Under the pieces are notes generated by a model. The model was not told the origin of the DNA. It worked only from the letters and a program-made list of their open reading frames with translations, and did no database searches. Positions 35,627 through 43,400 of a stretch of 64,000 bases of DNA are shown in pieces. This DNA is from Candidatus Poribacteria bacterium (GTDB lineage Bacteria > Poribacteria > WGA-4E > WGA-3G), in the NCBI GenBank assembly GCA_964291315.2, contig OZ219753.1:2688001-2752000 (forward strand), in the 5' to 3' direction. How positions within the stretch are numbered: the first letter of the stretch is position 1; every line of letters begins with the position of its first letter. Made by a program: the position numbers and the translations under genes.

Positions 35627-36412
35627 TTGAACTCGGAATTTACAGAACAGCAACGGCAAGGGTTGGAATCGATGGAACAATTGCTGCCGAAGCTGGTATC
35701 AATGGAGCAAGAAATGTCTGCTTTGCGTGAGCTGTTTACAAAGCAGCTCGCCCGCAACCAGCGGCATCAGCAGATGTTCGACGCGGTCTATAAAGAAATG
35801 AAAGCGTATAAGGATGACAGATTCCGTGAAATATTTCACAAACCTGTTATCAATAACTTAATTCGACTCTACGATAACTTTAAGGAGGTAGAATCACAAC
35901 TGCGGGACCTCAAAGAGGTGTCCGGAGCTGATGGATCAGAGGTTAACATCGGTGACCTCATCGTATCTGTTTTTAACGATAGGCCCGAAAAAGAGCAGAA
36001 GAAACTGCTTAAGCAGGTTAAGTCTGCAAGGTCTGTTAAAAGTTTAGCAGAAAGACTGCAATCCATTCAGGAAAACTCTAAAGAGGTTCAACCAAAGTCT
36101 CAGGTGGGCCTGTCTCAATTTCAGAAGAATTTGGAAAACGTCCGTGTTCAATTGGAAGAGGTGTTATGTCGCATGGAGGTTACCCCTTATACCGAGCATC
36201 CAGAGAGACTTAATATGGAAATGCACCAAACCGTTGACACGATAGAGACCGATGACCCTGATAAGGATGAAGTCGTCGTTGAGATACGTAAGTCTGGATT
36301 CAAGTGGCGTGAACAGATATTTCGCCTAGAAGAGGTGATAATCTACCGCTATAAATCCGCTACAGGGGAATCGTCAAAAACAGTTGACGAAAAGTCAACA
36401 AAAGGAGAATAA
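35627..36412 (+). CDS. grpE: GrpE-like nucleotide exchange factor
   Basis: Coiled-coil N-half; C-terminal LNMEMHQTV...VVEIRKSGF.W....FRLEEV (GrpE beta domain); AGGAGG RBS; directly upstream of Hsp70. Confidence 0.8.
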   Translation: MNSEFTEQQRQGLESMEQLLPKLVSMEQEMSALRELFTKQLARNQRHQQMFDAVYKEMKAYKDDRFREIFHKPVINNLIRLYDNFKEVESQLRDLKEVSGADGSEVNIGDLIVSVFNDRPEKEQKKLLKQVKSARSVKSLAERLQSIQENSKEVQPKSQVGLSQFQKNLENVRVQLEEVLCRMEVTPYTEHPERLNMEMHQTVDTIETDDPDKDEVVVEIRKSGFKWREQIFRLEEVIIYRYKSATGESSKTVDEKSTKGE

Positions 36413-36416
36413 ACTG

Positions 36417-38042
36417 ATGGGTAAAGTTGTTGGTATCGATTTAGGCACGACCTTTTCTGCGATCGCACACGTTAACGACTATGCACAAGCAGAAATTGTC
36501 CCGAATAAGCAGAATGAGCGCACTACGCCCTCCGTGATACTATTTCAAGACGATAATGTTGTCGTTGGGAAAATAGCCAAGGCTCAGGCAAAGGCGATGC
36601 CCGAACAGATCGTCGAGTTCGTCAAACGCGAGATGGGGAAACAGAAGGGAGCCGGTGAAAACGAATTTTGCCGTGAGTTTAATGGCAAATCATATTCGGC
36701 TGAAGAACTCTCCGCACAGATTTTGCTAAAACTTAAACAGGATGCGGAGGCACATCTTGGCACAGAGATCACTGACGCTGTCATTACAGTCCCGGCCTAT
36801 TTCAAAGACGCGGAGCGGAGTGCCACACGACTCGCTGGGGAAATTGCCGGACTGAACGTCTTACAAGTTGTCAATGAACCGACCGCCGCCGCGCTCGCTT
36901 ACGGTCTTGATCTACAGAACAGCGGTCAGACCGTGTTCGTCTTTGACCTGGGTGGTGGAACGTTCGACGTAACGATCATGAAGGTCTCCGGTTCGGAGTT
37001 AAGAATGATTGCGACGGATGGAGACAGCCGCCTCGGTGGGAAGGACTGGGACGATGAAATAATTAAGTATGTTGCTGAGAAATTCGAAATAGAGCACGGT
37101 TCCAATCCCTTAGACGACAACTACACGTATCAAGATATCCAATCTGAAGCTATTCAAGCAAAGGAACATTTGACAGAACTTGAAACAACACGCATCGTTT
37201 TCAACTACGAAGGTAAGAGTAGTAATGTGGAGTTGACGCGTGAGAAGTTTGAGGAACTCACTGCAGATCTCCTTGGGAGGTGTAGGGCCACGTGTGAACA
37301 CGTTCTCTCAGAAGCCAAAATGACGTGGGAAGATATTAATACGGTGTTGTTGGTTGGTGGTTCCACCCGGATGCCGATGGTGCGAAAGATGATTGCTGAG
37401 ATCAGCGGTAAAGAAATTAACCCGACGGAGGTCAATCTAGATGAGGTGGTTGCACACGGGGCTGCTATCTATGGAACCCTCCGCCAGATTGAGGAGGTGA
37501 TAATTGACAAAACTTCTGAAACAGCCACGGAAGAAGATATTTCGGAAGCTGTCAAGGATAAGTTCATCAATGATTCTGACGAAACCGTAATAGCGGTGTT
37601 TGATCGCGCCACACATAACCTTGGATTGACTGTAAGCAAAACAGTCGATAAAAAAAGGAAGGTATACACTCATGTGATGATTCCCAAAATGACCCCCGTT
37701 CCATGTGAGATAACAAGAGATTCGTTTGGAACACTAGAGGACAATCAACAAGGTGTCTTAATCAATGTTTTTCAGGGACTCGAACATAACAAACTTATAG
37801 AGGAAATACCTGACTTTGAAAACCATAGAATAGGTAAAACCACCCTTAAACTACCGCCTAACTTACCGAAAGGAACTCCCATTAAAGTTACCTTTGAGTA
37901 TAACCGTGATCAAACGCTTGAGGTAACTGCGGAGGGACCTAATAATAGTAGCATAGATATAACGATTGATCGTAAGACCCTCAATAAAGAGCAAGTTACT
38001 GAAGCAACCACAAACCTCCAAGAAAATTTGAAGGTTAAATAG
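36417..38042 (+). CDS. Hsp70/DnaK-family protein, short paralog lacking the helical lid
   Basis: GIDLGTT, TVPAYF, NEPTAAA, FDLGGGTFD, LVGGSTRMP; ends at ~541 aa. Confidence 0.95.
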   Translation: MGKVVGIDLGTTFSAIAHVNDYAQAEIVPNKQNERTTPSVILFQDDNVVVGKIAKAQAKAMPEQIVEFVKREMGKQKGAGENEFCREFNGKSYSAEELSAQILLKLKQDAEAHLGTEITDAVITVPAYFKDAERSATRLAGEIAGLNVLQVVNEPTAAALAYGLDLQNSGQTVFVFDLGGGTFDVTIMKVSGSELRMIATDGDSRLGGKDWDDEIIKYVAEKFEIEHGSNPLDDNYTYQDIQSEAIQAKEHLTELETTRIVFNYEGKSSNVELTREKFEELTADLLGRCRATCEHVLSEAKMTWEDINTVLLVGGSTRMPMVRKMIAEISGKEINPTEVNLDEVVAHGAAIYGTLRQIEEVIIDKTSETATEEDISEAVKDKFINDSDETVIAVFDRATHNLGLTVSKTVDKKRKVYTHVMIPKMTPVPCEITRDSFGTLEDNQQGVLINVFQGLEHNKLIEEIPDFENHRIGKTTLKLPPNLPKGTPIKVTFEYNRDQTLEVTAEGPNNSSIDITIDRKTLNKEQVTEATTNLQENLKVK

Positions 38043-38066
38043 GGAAAAGCGTTGGTAACAGCTGCT

Positions 38067-38110
38067 GTGTCACAAGGTGAGGTTGTTGCCGCACCCTTAC
38101 CTTGTGACGC
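38067..38110. other. intergenic stem-loop
   Basis: GTCACAAGGTGAGG-N12-CCTTACCTTGTGAC. Confidence 0.6.
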
Positions 38111-38140
38111 GCATCCCCCTAATTGCAAAAGGAGTAGTAG

Positions 38141-39229
38141 GTGTCTAAACGAGATGATTTTACCACTATCATTAAAACGTTGAAAAAAGCATTGCCTAGT
38201 ATTACCGATGACCAATATAAAAGGTTGGTCAGGCAAGGCATGCATGACTACGGACTCTCCCAGGATGAGGCAGAGCGGATCATCAAAAAAGAGGTAGGCC
38301 TGATTATTGGGAAAGTGGTAAATCATTTTCAGGAGTTAGGGCTCACAATTGATGACCTGAAAAACCTGAGTGAAGACGAAATCGAAAAACTTGTTCAGGC
38401 TAAGTATGATCTCCTTTATAAGCAGGCAAGAATTAGCGCCAATCCCAGGAATGCTGAGAAACAGGCAGCGTTGAATGCGGCAAGGGATACGCTACTTGAT
38501 CCACAGAGGCGGCAGGAACACATTCAACTCCTTGAGCGGCAGAAAACGTCTTCCAACACCGAGGATGGAAACTCTCAGAAACGCAGTAGCACAGACGTGA
38601 GAGCTATCTTCAAGTTCGGGAAGGTAGCGGCTATTTTAGCAATTCTTGCTTTTCTGCTCTTATTGGGACTTGGACTTGATAACATTATCAAAAATTCGAA
38701 AACACAACCCCACGCTACAGAATTCCAAGAAGGCAAGCCTGCAACCGTACTACGCGCACGTCGTACTGGGGCAGGCACAACGGGCTCGCCAGCAAAGCCT
38801 CAGATCGATCCCACAACGGTGGTGGCCGTTATTGAAACGGCAAAGGGCACTATTGAATTTGAATTTCTTGCAACTGAAGCACCCGAAACTTCCAAGAATT
38901 TCATTAAGAACGCCCAAGTCATGTATTATAAAGGCGAGAAGTTTAATCGCGCAGAAGAACTTCTCGTCCAAGCAGGATCGAATCTCGCCGCCGGAGACAC
39001 ACTTCCAATTGAGAACGGTTCGCAACAGATGTCGCGGGGCGTTGTCGCCCTAGCGAAAGAAGAAGGGGCGAGTGTCTCCTATGTGTCAGAATTCTTTATC
39101 TGTCGAGGCGATGTTATTCTTGACAGTGATTACACCATTTTCGGAAACGTCGTCAGCGGTATGGAGGTCGTTGACAGAATCACCGTTGGCGACGCAATTA
39201 TGAACATTACTATTCGAGAGAAAGAGTAA
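38141..39229 (+). CDS. J-domain-like / TM / cyclophilin-type PPIase fusion protein
   Basis: NHFQELGL...LNAARDTLLDPQRRQEH (J-like, no HPD); TM VAAILAILAFLLLLGLGL; IETAKGTIEFE..APETSKNF..YTIFGNVVSGMEVVDRI. Confidence 0.8.
   Translation: MSKRDDFTTIIKTLKKALPSITDDQYKRLVRQGMHDYGLSQDEAERIIKKEVGLIIGKVVNHFQELGLTIDDLKNLSEDEIEKLVQAKYDLLYKQARISANPRNAEKQAALNAARDTLLDPQRRQEHIQLLERQKTSSNTEDGNSQKRSSTDVRAIFKFGKVAAILAILAFLLLLGLGLDNIIKNSKTQPHATEFQEGKPATVLRARRTGAGTTGSPAKPQIDPTTVVAVIETAKGTIEFEFLATEAPETSKNFIKNAQVMYYKGEKFNRAEELLVQAGSNLAAGDTLPIENGSQQMSRGVVALAKEEGASVSYVSEFFICRGDVILDSDYTIFGNVVSGMEVVDRITVGDAIMNITIREKE
38246..38724 (+). repeat. near-identical direct repeat, copy 1 (J-like + TM module)
   Basis: Matches 40549-41027 with only about 2 differences seen by eye. 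Confidence 0.9.
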
Positions 39230-39240
39230 TGGATATCGGC

Positions 39241-39288
39241 TAGCAGTTAGCAGATAGCGGTTGGCAAATCAGAAACTGCTAACTGCTA
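39241..39288. repeat. heptamer-based inverted repeat
   Basis: TAGCAGTTAGCAG...CTGCTAACTGCTA, perfect 13-bp arms. Confidence 0.7.
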
Positions 39289-39361
39289 AGACCGATTTGT
39301 GAAGTTTATGTTTTTTCGAACTCTCGTTTAATTGTATATTTTGTTATAAATGGAGGCATAT

Positions 39362-39568
39362 ATGTCTTTAACTGTTACTCGAACGGCGCGTCCAAGCCCC
39401 GTCTGGCAGGAAAGTTACGTGCGCGTCAAAAAAGGGCAACGTCTCATTATTGATGCAGAGGGCGCGTGGTCCCCGGATCTGCAAAATCGGACCGGATGGT
39501 GCGGCGGAGATGGGGTGCCTAAGACCCCAGGCTCCAACGGTTATCTATTACCCGGCACAAATAGTTGA
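39362..39568 (+). pseudogene. truncated N-terminal fragment of a PA-IL/LecA-like lectin-fold protein
   Basis: GGAGG RBS; WQESYVRVKKGQRLIIDAEGAWS...CGGDG...LPGTN, then a stop exactly where the FGE-module linker begins in another frame. Confidence 0.5.
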
Positions 39569-40379
39569 TGAAAACCCTCAAAAATGGAGTAGCAGAGACA
39601 CGCAAGCCCTCGACACCGCAGTCTCAGGGATGGTATTGATCCCATCGGGCACCTTTCGGATGGGCAGCACCACAGGCGATGCCAATGAACGCCCTGTTCA
39701 CACTGTCACTTTAGATGCGTTTTATATGGATACACACGAAGTAACAAACGCAGAATACGTCAAATTTCTCAATGCTATGGGCAGACATGCAAATGCCGGC
39801 CGTCCATGGCTGGCTATCTGGAAGAGTGGTGTGCGCATTGAGCGTTTAGGTGGAACGTATCGCCCAAAGGCGGGGTATGCGGATCATCCTGTTGTTCATG
39901 TGAGCTGGTATGGTGCGATGGCTTATGCTGCCTGGGTAGGCAAGCGTCTGCCGACCGAGGCGGAGTGGGAGTATGCCGCACGCGGTGGGTTAGCAGGGAA
40001 GGAATATCCTTGGGACGACACGATTGACAGCACGCGGGCAAACTACAACGATAATGTCGGTAGTACGACAGCAGTTGGCAGTTATGATGCGAACGGGTAT
40101 GGTCTGTATGATATGGCGGGGAATGTCTGGGAATGGTGTCTGGATGCGTACAACAAACACTTCTATACCATTTCATCTGCCTGTAATCCGCTATCGGGGC
40201 CGTCCAGGATTGATTGGTTATTGAGAAACTATACAAATGTTGAGTCTAATCGCGTCTTGCGTGGCGGATCTTGGTACAGTACAGCGCAAAAGGTACGAGT
40301 TGCCTATCGCTACAAATCTTCTCCTGCGCGCACGAACGTCAGTGTCGGTTTTCGTTGTGCAAGTTCTGTATCCGCTTGA
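39564..40379 (+). CDS. orphan FGE-sulfatase/SUMF1 (C-type lectin fold) domain; headless module, possible internal ATG at 39630
   Basis: MVLIPSGTFRMG, RLPTEAEWEYAARGG, GLYDMAGNVWEWC, RVLRGGSW...GFRC. Confidence 0.8.
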   Translation, partial: VDENPQKWSSRDTQALDTAVSGMVLIPSGTFRMGSTTGDANERPVHTVTLDAFYMDTHEVTNAEYVKFLNAMGRHANAGRPWLAIWKSGVRIERLGGTYRPKAGYADHPVVHVSWYGAMAYAAWVGKRLPTEAEWEYAARGGLAGKEYPWDDTIDSTRANYNDNVGSTTAVGSYDANGYGLYDMAGNVWEWCLDAYNKHFYTISSACNPLSGPSRIDWLLRNYTNVESNRVLRGGSWYSTAQKVRVAYRYKSSPARTNVSVGFRCASSVSA

Positions 40380-40443
40380 ACCTTTACTTTACTCCCTGTG
40401 GCACAGATGGACAGTTTATGCTACAGATTATAAGGAGTAGCAC

Positions 40444-43400
40444 ATGTCTAAACGAGATGATTTTACCATTTTTATTCAGGGATGGAAAAAAGCTGCCCCT
40501 AATATTACTGTTGACCAATACAAAGGGTTAATCAGGCAAGGCATACACGACTACGGACTCTCCCAGGATGAGGCAGAGCGGATCATCAAAAAAGAGGTAG
40601 GCCTGATTATTGGGAAAGCGGTAAATCATTTTCAGGAGTTAGGGCTCACAATTGATGACCTGAAAAACCTGAGTGAAGACGAAATCGAAAAACTTGTTCA
40701 GGCTAAGTATGATCTCCTTTATAAGCAGGCAAGAATTAGCGCCAATCCCAGGAATGCTGAGAAACAGGCAGCGTTGAATGCGGCAAGGGATACGCTACTT
40801 GATCCACAGAGGCGGCAGGAACACATTCAACTCCTTGAGCGGCAGAAAACGTCTTCCAACACCGAGGATGGAAACTCTCAGAAACGCAGTAGCACAGACG
40901 TGAGAGCTATCTTCAAGTTCGGGAAGGTAGCGGCTATTTTAGCAATTCTTGCTTTTCTGCTCTTATTGGGACTTGGACTTGATAACATTATCAAAAATTC
41001 GAAAACACAACCCCACACTACAGAATTTGTTGATGATTCGCCGAAGGGGTCTTCGGGCACCGCAGCAATCTCAGAGAGGTCTGCATCCTCTACACAGCAG
41101 GAAACTTCTTCCAGCACGGACGATGGAAACCGACAGAAACGCAATAGCAGAGACGCGCTAACCCCCGAACCCCCAGTCTCAGGGATGGTATTGATCCCAT
41201 CGGGCACCTTTCGGATGGGCAGCACCACAGGTGATGCCAATGAACGCCCTGTTCACACTGTTACTGTAGATGCGTTTTATATGGATACGCACGAAGTAAC
41301 AAACGCACAATACGCCGATTTTCTTAATGCTATGGGCAGACATGCAGATGCGGGTCATACGTGGTTGGCTCTCGGTAGCCGTGGTGCACACATTGAGCGT
41401 TTAGGTGGAACGTATCGCCCGAAGGCGGGGTATGCGGATCATCCTGTTGTTCGTGTGAGTTGGTATGGTGCGATGGCATATGCGAAGTGGGCAGGCAAGC
41501 GCCTGCCTACCGAGGCGGAGTGGGAATACGCCGCACGCGGCGGCGAGTCGGGTCTGAAGTATCCCTGGGGAAACACGATTGACAGCACACGGGCAAACTA
41601 CGACAGAAATGTCGGTGAGACGACAAGAGTAGGGCATTATGGTGCAAATAGCTATGGTCTGTATGACATGGTCGGAAATGTCTATGAATGGTGCTTAGAT
41701 GCATATAATAGAGACTCCTATGCCAGTTATCCTGCCCGTAATCCGCTATCGGGTGCGTTTAGTATTCATTGGCTATCAGATAATTATACAGAGATTAAGT
41801 CTAGACGCGTCTTGCGTGGCGGATCTTGGCTCAGTGAAGCTCAGTACGTGCGGGTCGCCAACCGCTTTGACTATACGCCGACGAGCACGTCCCTCTTCAC
41901 AGGCTTTCGTTGCGCAAGGTCTGCATCCTCTACACAACAGGAAACCCCTCCCAGCCCGGACGATGAAAACCCTCAAAAATGGAGTAGCAGAGACGCGCAA
42001 CCCTCCGACCCATCAGTCTCAGGGATGGTATTGATCCCATCGGGCACCTTTCGGATGGGCAGCACCACAGGTGATGCCAATGAACGCCCTGTTCACACTG
42101 TTACTGTAGATGCGTTTTATATGGATACACACGAAGTAACAAACGCACAATACGCGGACTTTCTTAATGCTATGGGTAGACATGCAGATGCGGGTCATAC
42201 GTGGTTGGCTCTCGGTAGCCGTGGTGCACACATTGAGCGTTTAGGCGGAACGTATCGTGTGAAAGCAGGGTATGCGGATCATCCTGTTGTTCGTGTGAGT
42301 TGGTATGGTGCAATGGCATATGCGAAGTGGGCAGGCAAGCGTCTGCCGACGGAGGCGGAGTGGGAGTATGCTGCGCGCGGCGGCAAGTCGGGTCTGAAGT
42401 ATCCGTGGGGAAACACGATTGACAGCTGGCATGCGAACTACGACAGAAATATCGGTAAGACAACAAGAGTAGGGCATTATGGTGCAAATAGCTATGGTCT
42501 GTATGACATGGTCGGAAATGTCTACGAATGGTGCTTAGATGCATATAATAGAGACTCCTATGCTAGTTCTCCTGCTCACAATCCAGGTACGTTTAGTATT
42601 CAGTGGCTGTTAGATAATTATACAGAGATTAAGTCTGACCGCGTCTTGCGTGGCGGCTCCTGGGCCGGTTCAGCATGGCTCGTGCGTGTTGCCAATCGTG
42701 GCAGCTTTTCGCCTTGGATAACGGGCGCCGGCCTCGGTTTCCGTTGTGTAAGGTCTGTATCTCTTACGCGGCAGGAAACACCTCCCAGCCCGGATGATGA
42801 AAACTCTCAAAAATGGAGTAGCAGAGACGTGCTAACCCCCGCCCCCCCAGTCTCAGATATGGTATTGATCCCATCGGGCACCTTCCAGATGGGCAGCACC
42901 ACAGGTGATGCCAATGAACGTCCTGTTCACACTGTTACTGTAGATGCGTTTTATATGGATACGCACGAAGTGACGAACGCAGAATACGCCGCGTTCCTCA
43001 ATGCGAAGGGAAAACACACAGACGCTGGCAAGACTTGGTTGTTTATCGGTAGCAGTGGTGCACGCATTGAGCGTTTAGGTGGAACGTATCGCCCAAAGAC
43101 AGGGTATGCGGATCATCCTGTTGTTTATGTGAGCTGGTATGGTGCGATGGCGTATGCGAAGTGGAAGGGCAAGCGGCTGCCGACGGAAGCAGAGTGGGAA
43201 TACGCTGCTCGCGGCGGATTAGCAGGCAAACTTTATCCCTGGGGCGACACCGTAGACTCCAGCCGTGCGAACTATGATTGGAACGTCGGTAGGACAACGG
43301 CAGGCGGTGCGTATGCTGCGAACGATTACGGTCTGTATGATATGGTCGGAAATGTTTCGGAGTGGTGTCTGGATGCGTATGATAGCGCCTTCTATACCAG

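Noticed and set aside
39450-39563. 5' extension of the 309-aa ORF
   Set aside because: It is an alternative frame of the lectin-like fragment with no RBS; the real module starts at the linker near 39564.
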